IMG/VR virus record: IMGVR_UViG_3300009503_000019
Span: 57,042-121,041 of that record
Strand: one strand, 5' to 3'
Length of the DNA stretch: 64,000 nucleotides
DNA from: a virus
This document shows positions 26,827 to 36,320 of the stretch, piece after piece. The number at the start of each line of letters is the position of its first letter. Positions within the stretch are counted from its first letter, which is position 1. The notes below the pieces were generated by a model. That model made no database searches. It saw only the letters and a program-made list of their open reading frames with translations, and was not told the DNA's origin. A program made the translations under genes and the position numbers.

Positions 26827-27045
26827 TTATTTACCTCCTTCATTATTATTTTCATAATCTTTAGAATTTTCTTTCATAGATGATGCAACTGCCATACCAA
26901 ACATTGCTAAAGGGAGATAAGATTTTAATGAACCCATCTCCCTATTTGTATTTTTGATAATTTGTTCCTCTTTCATATCTTTTTTATGATTCAAATTAGA
27001 ACTAATTTTTTTGATTCCTTTAGTATACTTTTTATATTTAGACAT
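26827..27045 (-). CDS. Hypothetical protein
   Basis: 72 aa with AAAGGAGG RBS. Confidence 0.65.
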   Translation of the reverse strand: MSKYKKYTKGIKKISSNLNHKKDMKEEQIIKNTNREMGSLKSYLPLAMFGMAVASSMKENSKDYENNNEGGK

Positions 27046-28594
27046 TAGACCCTCCTTTCATTAATTTCGTATAATAGCCATACAATTTTTTTATCACATT
27101 CTGTCTTTCTTTCAAGAATTTTAATATTACTTCCTCAATAGTGTCTTCACATACTAAATCGTAATAATACACATCTGTTTTGGTTCCATATCTATAAATT
27201 CTATCTTCCGACTGAATCCTTGCTTCTACAGAGAATGAATTAGAATAATAAATAACATTGTTTATCTTCTGTAAATTCAATCCGAACTTCCCAATTCCTA
27301 ATGGAATAATCAGATGCTTCTTTTCTGCTAAGGCTTGCTGTATTTTTTCATCCCTCTTTTTAGGACTATCTTCTGAAGCAACTCTTATAGAATTTTTAAC
27401 GATATTAGAAATTATTTTTCCCTCATATACATAATTATGCCATATTAGAAATTGTTGATCGGGTTTAGATTTTAATATCTTTATCAATTCCTGTTCTTTG
27501 GGACTATGAAAGTATTCTACTCCATCTTTTTTGTACTTGAATCCGGAGCATATACAGGATAATGTAGTAGTCCACATTGTGATATCTTCTTTTGTGAATT
27601 CTTTTCTCTGTTTAATCTTTTCAATTAATTCATCATAATGTTTTTGTTGAATTTCATTTAGCTTAACGGGAATTTCAATATATTTCTTTTCAAATTTCAT
27701 ATCAAAGCATTTCTCTTTTTCTATAGAGATAATATAAGGTTTTAGAATATTCATTATTTCTTTTCTTGCAAATGATTTATCAATATATTTATAGACAACA
27801 AATGATCTAATTTTTTTTAATTCTTTTTTGAATGTATATCTTTCTCTAAAATGGTCATAATTCCATCCTAATGCGTCAGTGACCATCAGCGCTTGAGGAA
27901 ATATGTCGCATACAGACTGTGTTACTAATGTTCCGGTTAACAATACAAGATAATCAACATATTTCCTCAATTTTACAATTTTTCTTGTTCTTTTTGTTAA
28001 ATAATTTTTTATCTTTGTAGATTCATCCAGAACAATCATTTGTACAGGGGGAATATTATTAATTATTTCATAATTCGCCAGAATCACATCTCCTTTATCA
28101 TCAGGATAGAATGATATTTTTAAATCGGAATTTTTTCTTATCTCCCATTGCCACTGTTTCAATAAAGTTTTAGGAACTATTATCAAAGCTTTGAGTATTT
28201 CTCCAGATTCTATTAAATAAGAAATTGCATCTATCGTTGCTTTAGTTTTACCAATTCCCCGATCTCCTAAAACAATAATCTTTTTCAATTTTATAATTGC
28301 TGATGTAATTATCTTTTGATGATTGAATGGTCTTATTTTTGTTTTATATTCAATTAATTCTTTATTTTGAAATAGATTTTCAATGATTTTTATTCTTTCT
28401 TGTTCAATTTCAATCTGTCTTTCTAAATCGGGTGGATACAAGGGAAGATTTAGTTTTAATGCTATCTCTTTGTATATTCGCCAATGATTTGGAAATAAAT
28501 ATTTATTTTTATAAAAAAATCCACCATAACAATTTTTTATTCGTTCGTCTTCTTGAAAAATTAATGCTTTACTTGTTTTATTCATCGAGATCAT
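27038..28594 (-). CDS. SNF2-family (SF2) helicase
   Basis: GDRGIGKT, VLDESTKIKN, LLTGT, FGLNLQ, QSEDRIYRYG. Confidence 0.88.
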   Translation of the reverse strand: MISMNKTSKALIFQEDERIKNCYGGFFYKNKYLFPNHWRIYKEIALKLNLPLYPPDLERQIEIEQERIKIIENLFQNKELIEYKTKIRPFNHQKIITSAIIKLKKIIVLGDRGIGKTKATIDAISYLIESGEILKALIIVPKTLLKQWQWEIRKNSDLKISFYPDDKGDVILANYEIINNIPPVQMIVLDESTKIKNYLTKRTRKIVKLRKYVDYLVLLTGTLVTQSVCDIFPQALMVTDALGWNYDHFRERYTFKKELKKIRSFVVYKYIDKSFARKEIMNILKPYIISIEKEKCFDMKFEKKYIEIPVKLNEIQQKHYDELIEKIKQRKEFTKEDITMWTTTLSCICSGFKYKKDGVEYFHSPKEQELIKILKSKPDQQFLIWHNYVYEGKIISNIVKNSIRVASEDSPKKRDEKIQQALAEKKHLIIPLGIGKFGLNLQKINNVIYYSNSFSVEARIQSEDRIYRYGTKTDVYYYDLVCEDTIEEVILKFLKERQNVIKKLYGYYTKLMKGGSNV

Positions 28595-29366
28595 CTATAT
28601 CCTCTATATCTTCTTCATTGATTTCATCTTCACTAATATCTTCTTTTTCTTTTGAGGATTTTTTCTTCGGGAAAGGCTCATCTTCCTCTTCCACTTCTTC
28701 TGATTCTGTTTCTTTATCTTCAATACTCTCTTCAGCTTCAGCTTCTTCTTCCTCAATTTCTTCTTCAAAAGATTTTTCTTTAACAGATTTATTTTTTGGT
28801 TCTTCTATTCCCAAAAGCAATTTTAATTCTTCTAACATTTCAGCAGCATCAGCATAAATTTGCTGAGGAGGAATTTTTTCGGATTCTTTCGATTTTATAT
28901 TGTATATAATTTTTCGCGGATTATCTTTGCTGCGTCTTGATTCAATAACGATAATGTATTTATCTATTTTTTCTAAATCTACTTGTTTTTCTATTTCTTC
29001 CAGCAAATCTGGAGAAATAGGAACTACTGCAAGTGGATAGTCTTGTCTTTTCAAATCTCTAGCAACTGCGAAATATTTAGCAATTGGTTTGTTGACCCTA
29101 CAAGATATACATATTTTATCTTCTCTTAAGGTAGTAGTTTTTGAATCAAATTTTCCACATACAACAAATGGACAGCTGATTGATTGATTCTTCCCAAATC
29201 CTACCCAATGAACCATAGCAAATATAGGGTCGCTGACAATCCTTATTTTAATTTGAGTCGGAGATACCGCATTGGCTTTTACTCCAGGAAATATAAATGG
29301 AATTTGTGTTTTAGGACGCACTTGCTTTTTTGTTGGTTGTTTTGGTAAGTTTTTCCATCCTTTCAT
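28578..29366 (-). CDS. Single-stranded DNA-binding protein (gp32-like)
   Basis: IRIVS...VHW...SCP...CISC Zn site and a long acidic C-terminal tail, within the replication operon. Confidence 0.65.
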   Translation of the reverse strand: MKGWKNLPKQPTKKQVRPKTQIPFIFPGVKANAVSPTQIKIRIVSDPIFAMVHWVGFGKNQSISCPFVVCGKFDSKTTTLREDKICISCRVNKPIAKYFAVARDLKRQDYPLAVVPISPDLLEEIEKQVDLEKIDKYIIVIESRRSKDNPRKIIYNIKSKESEKIPPQQIYADAAEMLEELKLLLGIEEPKNKSVKEKSFEEEIEEEEAEAEESIEDKETESEEVEEEDEPFPKKKSSKEKEDISEDEINEEDIEDIDDLDE

Positions 29367-29668
29367 GATAACCTCCTTCTAAAATTATTTTCTAATTCTA
29401 TAATTGTTAAAATACGAGATTGGGTATCAAACATATAACTTAAGTTTTTCAATAATATATTTAATTTCGACTTAAATTCTTTATTTGTTGTAAGTGCATA
29501 TTGATAACTTACATATGTTCTTAATGCTTGTATATTTTTAAATACTTCTTTCATCTGATTTAAATCTGTGGTTTCAATTTTTATTTCTTTCATTTTAATA
29601 ATTATTTTTTTCAATATTTCTTCATTATTACCAGTTTCAATTTTTGATTTTTCATTTACGATTTTCAT
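29363..29668 (-). CDS. Hypothetical protein
   Basis: 101 aa, operonic. Confidence 0.65.
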   Translation of the reverse strand: MKIVNEKSKIETGNNEEILKKIIIKMKEIKIETTDLNQMKEVFKNIQALRTYVSYQYALTTNKEFKSKLNILLKNLSYMFDTQSRILTIIELENNFRRRLS

Positions 29669-29671
29669 GCT

Positions 29672-32029
29672 TCACTCTCCTATTTTTATTTCATCTATTT
29701 TTTTCAATTTATCTAAAGAATACCCTATTGAACAATCGATAACAAATGGAAGGGTCAATTCAATTTTATATATTTCTTTTAACATATTTTTTATTTTTTC
29801 AGTTTCAGATTTTAAGATTTCTATCGTTTGCTTTACTGAATTTTCTGGTATTTCGAAAAGAAATCCATCATGTACTGCCATACAAAAGTATCCTTTTATT
29901 TTTGGGCGTAATTTAGAAATAATGAATAAAGCTAAATCTGATGCAGTAGATTGTACCATATAATTGAATGCATATCTTGTCATTTCTGATAAAGATGAAG
30001 GGGAATATTTAAGAATATCCATTTTTCTTGTTCTTCCAAATGGATTTTTCACCATGTTTTTGGTGTTTATTTCATTAACTATTTCCCTTTTCCATGCTAC
30101 AATATAAGAAAACATAGAACGGAATTTATCATAAAATTTAGTTGCAGTGTTTTCTGATACTTTCAATCTATTTGCTAATGACTTAATTCCCATACCATAC
30201 ATCAATCCAAATACAATAGTTTTAGCTTTTTTTCTTTCTTCTTTAGAAACTTCTTCATATTTCTTTTTCCATACTGTAGCCGCTGCCCATGTATGAACAT
30301 CTATATTATTTTTGATTAAATCAATCATTTTTTTATCATTAGCTAATAATGCATATGTTCTAACTTCAATTTGTGAAAAGTCTAAATTCATAAAAATATG
30401 TCCCTCTCTCGGAACGATATATGGATATATTGCTGGAGGTAAATTTTGCATATTTGGATTAGATGAACTGATTCTACCAGATACTGTCCCATAAATATAA
30501 TATTCTCCATGTATGCGATCATGATTATTACCATTTAATCGTTCTAAAAAAGGATTAACATATGTTGATAAAATTTTAAATAATTTTCTATAATTTGATA
30601 CTAATTTCAAGAATGGAATTTTAGATTTTATATTCTCAACCGTTTCCTCATTCATACTGGAAATATCAAGATTATATTTGGATAATATAGGTGAGTAGTA
30701 TTTTGTTAAAAAATCTTTCAATTGGATATGAGAATTTATGTTAAATTCTGGTATCTCTGGTATTTTCTTCTTATATTTTGACTTTTCCTTTTCAAATAAA
30801 TAATTTCTATATGCTTGCACTTTGGGCAATGAATTTATTTTTTCTAATATTTTTTTAATCTTATTTTCTAATTTTTGTTTGAATATTTTTAATCTTTCAT
30901 AATCAATTTTAATACCAGTTTGTTCTAATTCCGGAATTAGAGAAACTGCCCATTTATTTGAAATATATTTATATAAATTAATCTTATTTTCTTTTTTAGC
31001 AAGAAGATAATATTTTTTAAATAGACTTAATGTATAAAAAGCGTCTAAAGCACAATACTTTATTTTAGTCTCGTCAATTTCAGGAATAGTTTTCAAGCTA
31101 TCGTCTATGTCCCATTTTTCAATGTTATTATCAATTGCAATAGATTTTAATGAATAAGAATCTCTACCTTCTTCAATTAAATGAACTAATGGAAGTAAAT
31201 CATATATAGGTCCTGACACATTTATGTATTTCTTTAAAAATGGGACATCATATTTGGCATTGAAACAAATTTTTTTGAGTTTTGAATTGAATATTGGTTC
31301 CAATTCTTTAATGTCTATATAATTGAGATTGAAAAAATATGCAATTTTTGCTTTATTTGCTGGAACTATGCTCAATGCATAAATTTTATCTCTTTGTATA
31401 TCTAATCCCGTTGCTTCTATATCAAAAGAAAACATTTTATGTAATAAAATTTGCTTAATAGCTTCAGGAACTCCTTGTGGGGAAACATTTACTATTTGTA
31501 ATCCTTCCTCTGGAGATTCTTTTTTTTCATATAAAAATCGTTCCAAATCTTTAATAAAAATAGTTATTAATTCTGGATTTCTCAATATTTCTGCAGGATG
31601 ATATGTAAAATATATTTTAGCATTGAATTTGTTTTCGGTTTCTAATCTCAATTTTTCTATTTTCTTTGGTTTTTTTAAAATGAATTTCGCTGCAGTTGCT
31701 CCTAAATAAATTATTTTTTCAGGCTTAATTGTTTTTATTTCTTCTAATAGAATAGAAGAACAACACTCTATTTCTTTTGGTTTAGGAGTTCTATTTTTAG
31801 GCGGTCTACATTTTATCACATTAGTAATATACATTAAATCTTGTGATATTTTAAAGGATCCAAGAACTTGTCTTAAAAGTGTTCCAGATTTTCCCACAAA
31901 TGGTTTCAATTGAATTTCTTCAGACGCTCCGGGTGCTTCACCTATTATCATAATCTTTGCATTAGATGGTCCTTCGCCAGGAACTATTCTTTGAGATAAT
32001 CCACAAGGATTCTTACATTCTATTTTCAT
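29672..32029 (-). CDS. polA: Family A DNA polymerase with N-terminal family-4 uracil-DNA glycosylase domain
   Basis: UDG: IIGEAPG..E...PFVG, TNVIKCRPP.NR.P, TYHPA; exonuclease: FDIE, FNAKYD, YCALDA; polymerase: SGRISSSNPNMQN, DFSQIE, RKKAKTIVFGLMYG, VHDG. Confidence 0.93.
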   Translation of the reverse strand: MKIECKNPCGLSQRIVPGEGPSNAKIMIIGEAPGASEEIQLKPFVGKSGTLLRQVLGSFKISQDLMYITNVIKCRPPKNRTPKPKEIECCSSILLEEIKTIKPEKIIYLGATAAKFILKKPKKIEKLRLETENKFNAKIYFTYHPAEILRNPELITIFIKDLERFLYEKKESPEEGLQIVNVSPQGVPEAIKQILLHKMFSFDIEATGLDIQRDKIYALSIVPANKAKIAYFFNLNYIDIKELEPIFNSKLKKICFNAKYDVPFLKKYINVSGPIYDLLPLVHLIEEGRDSYSLKSIAIDNNIEKWDIDDSLKTIPEIDETKIKYCALDAFYTLSLFKKYYLLAKKENKINLYKYISNKWAVSLIPELEQTGIKIDYERLKIFKQKLENKIKKILEKINSLPKVQAYRNYLFEKEKSKYKKKIPEIPEFNINSHIQLKDFLTKYYSPILSKYNLDISSMNEETVENIKSKIPFLKLVSNYRKLFKILSTYVNPFLERLNGNNHDRIHGEYYIYGTVSGRISSSNPNMQNLPPAIYPYIVPREGHIFMNLDFSQIEVRTYALLANDKKMIDLIKNNIDVHTWAAATVWKKKYEEVSKEERKKAKTIVFGLMYGMGIKSLANRLKVSENTATKFYDKFRSMFSYIVAWKREIVNEINTKNMVKNPFGRTRKMDILKYSPSSLSEMTRYAFNYMVQSTASDLALFIISKLRPKIKGYFCMAVHDGFLFEIPENSVKQTIEILKSETEKIKNMLKEIYKIELTLPFVIDCSIGYSLDKLKKIDEIKIGE

Positions 32030-32364
32030 GATTTACCCTCCTTCAATATTTTTTTAATGTAATCATGCATTAATTCTATTCCCTTGTCTGGATTACTTTT
32101 ATATTCATCTATTAGAAGTTTGATTATTGCTTTTTCATTATTGATATTTATTTTTCTATGAAATAACTCTTCTTCTTGAGGGATAACTTCTAATTTTCCA
32201 TTATTCAATTTGATTTCATAAGATTTATTAATGAGCTTAAAAGGGCACTTTCCCAATGAGATATTAACTTTTTTATATTTTGCAATTTCCAACATTAGTT
32301 CTGTAACCAGCCGTAATTCTTTTAGTTTCAATCTATAGTATTTTTTCAATAATGTTTTAATCAT
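32026..32364 (-). CDS. Hypothetical protein
   Basis: 112 aa, ATGA-coupled on both sides. Confidence 0.7.
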   Translation of the reverse strand: MIKTLLKKYYRLKLKELRLVTELMLEIAKYKKVNISLGKCPFKLINKSYEIKLNNGKLEVIPQEEELFHRKININNEKAIIKLLIDEYKSNPDKGIELMHDYIKKILKEGKS

Positions 32365-32516
32365 TTTTTGCCTTTAAGTTTTGTTTCTAATATTTCAGTG
32401 AGCCATCTTGCAAAAGATTGGTAATTTTTTGCAGCTGCCTCTTTAGCTTGTTGATACAAGTCAGAAGCCAGCCATACGGATACCTTCACTTTTTGTTTCT
32501 TTTTGTTTTTATTCAT
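32361..32516 (-). CDS. Ribbon-helix-helix DNA-binding protein, 51 aa (not in ORF track)
   Basis: MNKNKKKQKVKVSVWLASDLYQQAKEAAAKNYQSFARWLTEILETKLKGKK; ATGA overlaps at both ends; GGAGGTG RBS. Confidence 0.8.
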   Translation of the reverse strand: MNKNKKKQKVKVSVWLASDLYQQAKEAAAKNYQSFARWLTEILETKLKGKK

Positions 32517-33358
32517 TTTGCACCTCCATAAAATATTTTTATTAATTCCCTAAAATTCTTAGGGATATCTATCCATTCATCAGGATCTCTATCTATTTTT
32601 AATGATACTATTTCAAATTTATATTTTAGTTTGTCCTCTAATTCAGTTTGTATTTTTTGCCCTGCATTGTCATTATCAAACATTAAAATTATTCTTTTAG
32701 GACAATTCCTAATTAAAGTTAAATTTTTTGTTTTTGGCCAATATGTGCCAAAAGAGCATATAGCTGGAAATCCGTTATCTGCCAGTTTTAACATATCAAA
32801 TAATCCTTCTACTAATATTATTGTTTTTGACTTTACATAGAATGGATATAAATATTGAGAAAAATGTTTATTATTTATTGTTTTTTCTTTAGAAAATATC
32901 CAACTATGAGGGTATCTTATTGCATACCCAACTAATTTGTTACCAAATAGTATTGGGAAATAGATATTTCCTGAATATGTTAACTTTATTCCAAATTGTT
33001 TTAATGTCTTTGGAGAAATACCTCTTATTGGAAAATTTATTTCTTTCAATCCTTCAGGTGGGGATATTTCTTTTAATTCAAAATCTTTTACTAATAATAA
33101 ATCTTTATTATAAGGAGTTAATGGTTCAGGAGTTTTTGAATAATTTGTATATTTTAATTTGAATAAATCATTTATCTTTCCATGTATATTACAACCGAAA
33201 CAATGATAATGCCCATTACGATAAATAAACATTGAAGGAACAGTATCTACATGGTTTGGATTTAAACATCTCAATCTTATATAACTCCTATCTCCATTCA
33301 CTTTGTATTCTATATTATGTTCTTCCAAATATTCTATTATTGTTTCTAACCTATCCAT
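32513..33358 (-). CDS. dnaG: DnaG-type DNA primase
   Basis: CLNPNH...HCFGC Zn finger; TOPRIM LVEGLFD, MFDNDNAG, DPDE. Confidence 0.88.
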   Translation of the reverse strand: MDRLETIIEYLEEHNIEYKVNGDRSYIRLRCLNPNHVDTVPSMFIYRNGHYHCFGCNIHGKINDLFKLKYTNYSKTPEPLTPYNKDLLLVKDFELKEISPPEGLKEINFPIRGISPKTLKQFGIKLTYSGNIYFPILFGNKLVGYAIRYPHSWIFSKEKTINNKHFSQYLYPFYVKSKTIILVEGLFDMLKLADNGFPAICSFGTYWPKTKNLTLIRNCPKRIILMFDNDNAGQKIQTELEDKLKYKFEIVSLKIDRDPDEWIDIPKNFRELIKIFYGGAK

Positions 33359-34724
33359 TTTTAATAATTACTTTATGATGTAAGAAATCAGCTTCCATAA
33401 CCATATGTTTAATTGGTGCAATGTTACGTGATTTGATTGTATAGAATTTGAAAATTCTGATATCTGGTATAACATCTTCTTCCTCAGGAGTTAATTCTGG
33501 TTTCCATGAGAATGCAATATCACATGCTTCAGTTATAGCACGAGAATATCTTGTATCTTGCATTTTTTCATCCAATTGTGCCGCAGTTACAACTGGTATT
33601 TCAAGATTCTTTGCCGCCATTTTTAGAGTTTCTGCTACATTTTTTAATTTTTCCCAATAAGGTAAACTTTCCTGAAAAGGTATATACAAAAAATCTAAAT
33701 AATCAATATATAAGATGTCACATTTTTTCTCTTTTTTGAGTGAATTTGCTTTGTCAATTAATTCATTAACACTTAACTTATTCTGCCAGGTAGGAATCTC
33801 AAGAACATTTTGCCTGAAATATTTTTTTTGAAAAATTTTTTTTAAGGTTTCACTAAAATCTTTGAATGATAATTCACACATTTTTTTAACATTTTTGTCA
33901 TACCATTCAAAAATTTCTTGAGTATGCTTAGGAGTAAATACAAAAGAAATCAAAGATTTTTGAATTGTTATTTTGTCTTCAAGTGTTAAAGAGCCATTTC
34001 TCAATTTACCTACTGGAATTCCAGATATTGAAGATAATAAACGACCAATCCATTCACGTTCTGATAATTCGAGATTTACATAAACTGGGGAATATCCCAT
34101 TAAATAATTATTAATAGCTAAATTCTGCATTAATGTTGATTTTCCCGTACCTTTTACGGCCGCTAAAACTACAAATTCATGTTTGGAAAATCCATTTATT
34201 TTTTCATCTAAATCTTTAAAACCAGTAGGAACACAAAATTTTGTGTCACGAAGTTGTTCATCTACTCTTTCTAAATTAAGATCTTTACCTAACGATGTTG
34301 ATGTCAATTCTGGAGTATACAAATGGATATCTGATGCAGAAGTTAAAAATAATTCCTTTGCTTTTTTAATTTTATTATCACTTAGCAATTCGATCATTTT
34401 TTCTAATGTTTTTCTTAATTGAATTCCTTCATAATAATCGTTCAATTTTGCAATAATTGTGTTAAATTCTTCTTCCGATACTATTTCTTTTTCTAATGCA
34501 TCAAAAAAGGCATTTAACTCATCAAGTTTTATGTTACTTTCTGTTTCCAATATTGATTTCAATACTGATAATGAAGGCAATTTATTATTTGTAATCAAAT
34601 ACATTTTAGCTGTTTTATATACTTCATTTGCTATCTTGTCAGTGAACAAATGATGTTGTAGTTTAGAAAACAATTGTTCATTTGATAGTCCTAATTTGAG
34701 TGCAGCTATCTGCAGATACAACAT
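33351..34724 (-). CDS. dnaB: DnaB-family replicative helicase
   Basis: PTGFKDLD, LAAVKGTGKST, VNLELS, YIDYLD, AAQL, KSRN. Confidence 0.88.
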   Translation of the reverse strand: MLYLQIAALKLGLSNEQLFSKLQHHLFTDKIANEVYKTAKMYLITNNKLPSLSVLKSILETESNIKLDELNAFFDALEKEIVSEEEFNTIIAKLNDYYEGIQLRKTLEKMIELLSDNKIKKAKELFLTSASDIHLYTPELTSTSLGKDLNLERVDEQLRDTKFCVPTGFKDLDEKINGFSKHEFVVLAAVKGTGKSTLMQNLAINNYLMGYSPVYVNLELSEREWIGRLLSSISGIPVGKLRNGSLTLEDKITIQKSLISFVFTPKHTQEIFEWYDKNVKKMCELSFKDFSETLKKIFQKKYFRQNVLEIPTWQNKLSVNELIDKANSLKKEKKCDILYIDYLDFLYIPFQESLPYWEKLKNVAETLKMAAKNLEIPVVTAAQLDEKMQDTRYSRAITEACDIAFSWKPELTPEEEDVIPDIRIFKFYTIKSRNIAPIKHMVMEADFLHHKVIIKNG

Positions 34725-34771
34725 TTTTTCACCTCCTTTTCATTATGTATATCAATCTCTTTCATTCTCAT
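34706..34771 (-). CDS. 21-aa leader ORF ahead of the helicase (not in ORF track)
   Basis: AAAGGAGG-N6-ATG, MRMKEIDIHNEKEVKKCCICR, overlaps the helicase start. Confidence 0.45.
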   Translation of the reverse strand: MRMKEIDIHNEKEVKKCCICR

Positions 34772-34777
34772 TTTTAG

Positions 34778-34832
34778 CCTCCTTTAAGGAGGACAACAGT
34801 TGCAATATAATACAAGAGAAAACATTTGTCAA
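34778..34832 (-). promoter_or_regulatory. sigma70 promoter with SD-sequestering hairpin for the replication operon
   Basis: TTGACA(34832-34827)-17-TATATT(34809-34804), followed by CCTCC-TTAAA-GGAGG. Confidence 0.65.
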
Positions 34833-34951
34833 GAGGGCCTTGAAATTTACGCCTCAAATTTCAATAAGTGAAAATATATTTTCACTGGTAATAAAAATAA
34901 TTTAATTTTTGATTTGATTTATTTTTTTAAATATGATAATAGATAAATACA

Positions 34952-35419
34952 ATGATTGTAAGAATGGGAAAATTATTACGATTGCATAATTTAGTCAAAG
35001 ATTCGCAATCTCAAAAAGTATGCGTTTTAGTAGTAGGAACAAAAAATCCGCAGAGTGACCCAAATGATCCAAAAAGAACAGGTTTAGACAATCCTAGATT
35101 CTGGTATACTGTTAATTATGGTATTAGTGGAAATCCTCAGGGAAATGATGTTATTCAAATAAAATTTGTATCAACAATGAATATGTATGGACTTAGGGGT
35201 CAAGGAGCATTTACAGGAACTATAGATGAAGCTGGACTTTATGCATACAATGAAGGTGATTTTAGCGGAATAGATATTCCTAATACGCCAGTTTCACAAT
35301 TTTTGAATTTATCCCCAACACCAGCACTTTTTGCATATTCTTTAATCAATCCTGCTATATCTTGGAATTCATCGCAGAATATTGATATAACTTTTGAATG
35401 GATTATAGTTTCAGACTAG
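34952..35419 (+). CDS. Tail fibre collar/baseplate attachment protein (putative)
   Basis: TIDEAGLY motif and ITFEWII end; first gene of the fibre cluster. Confidence 0.55.
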   Translation: MIVRMGKLLRLHNLVKDSQSQKVCVLVVGTKNPQSDPNDPKRTGLDNPRFWYTVNYGISGNPQGNDVIQIKFVSTMNMYGLRGQGAFTGTIDEAGLYAYNEGDFSGIDIPNTPVSQFLNLSPTPALFAYSLINPAISWNSSQNIDITFEWIIVSD

Positions 35420-35429
35420 GAGGTTAAAT

Positions 35430-36320
35430 ATGAGAAGAAGTGCAAAAGCAGGTTTACCAATACCAACTGTAGGAGAGGATGTAGATTTATGGGGAGATTA
35501 CCTTAGTACATCTTTAGATATGATAGATAATTTTTTAGGTGAAATTATCGATGCAAGAGGAGGATTTACTCAATTAAATGAGAGATTTAGTGCAATTGAT
35601 ACGAATATTAATTCTGCTATTGATGCAATAAATTTAGCATCACAAATAAGCGATTATAATTTATTGACGACTTTATTTAGGCTTTTGGGGTATAAGAAGA
35701 ATTGTGTAAATGAATATTTAGCAGGAAGTTCATTGACTTATGAAAATGGAATAATTAGTTTAAAACCTCCAGTAATTTTTAATGTAGAAACTGCAACAGG
35801 AATATATTTATATAAAACTGAAAAAGAATATAATTTAGCTGTTACTCCTGGCGGAATACAAGCAATAAATTTAATTGTATCAGGTTCACAATCAAATCCA
35901 GAAATTACATTAGAATCACAAATTATTAGTGAAGATTTTATTCCGTATGAAGATGGAAAAGTAAGAATAGCATATCTTATTGAATCATCTTTTTATAAAA
36001 TTCCTTCTAATTTGATCTGTACGTATGAACGAGATGATGTTATAAATTTAACTGGTAATTTATTCAATCAATGGCAATATGTTCATCAATTAGGATATCA
36101 ACCTAAGAGAATTGATATATTGGTAAAAGTGCAATCTGGTGATTCTGGACCTTCTGCATGGATTAGACCTTCTTCAGATATAATGGTACCTGTTGTTAAT
36201 ATTCATACAATATCATTTTCCATTTTTCCTAAAGTTACAGGGAGTACTTATTATATTTATTATGATGGAACTAATTATTATAATAAAATTCTTAAAGGAA
36301 AAATTGTAATAGAAGCATGA
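35430..36320 (+). CDS. Tail fibre-associated protein (putative)
   Basis: GLPIPTVGE..DLWG N-terminus followed by DARGGFTQLNERF anchor-like segment. Confidence 0.5.
   Translation: MRRSAKAGLPIPTVGEDVDLWGDYLSTSLDMIDNFLGEIIDARGGFTQLNERFSAIDTNINSAIDAINLASQISDYNLLTTLFRLLGYKKNCVNEYLAGSSLTYENGIISLKPPVIFNVETATGIYLYKTEKEYNLAVTPGGIQAINLIVSGSQSNPEITLESQIISEDFIPYEDGKVRIAYLIESSFYKIPSNLICTYERDDVINLTGNLFNQWQYVHQLGYQPKRIDILVKVQSGDSGPSAWIRPSSDIMVPVVNIHTISFSIFPKVTGSTYYIYYDGTNYYNKILKGKIVIEA

Noticed and set aside
26565-26855. 96-aa alternative-frame ORF over the 12-Cys peptide
   Set aside because: No RBS; the nested frame has a strong RBS, a signal peptide and a coherent Cys pattern
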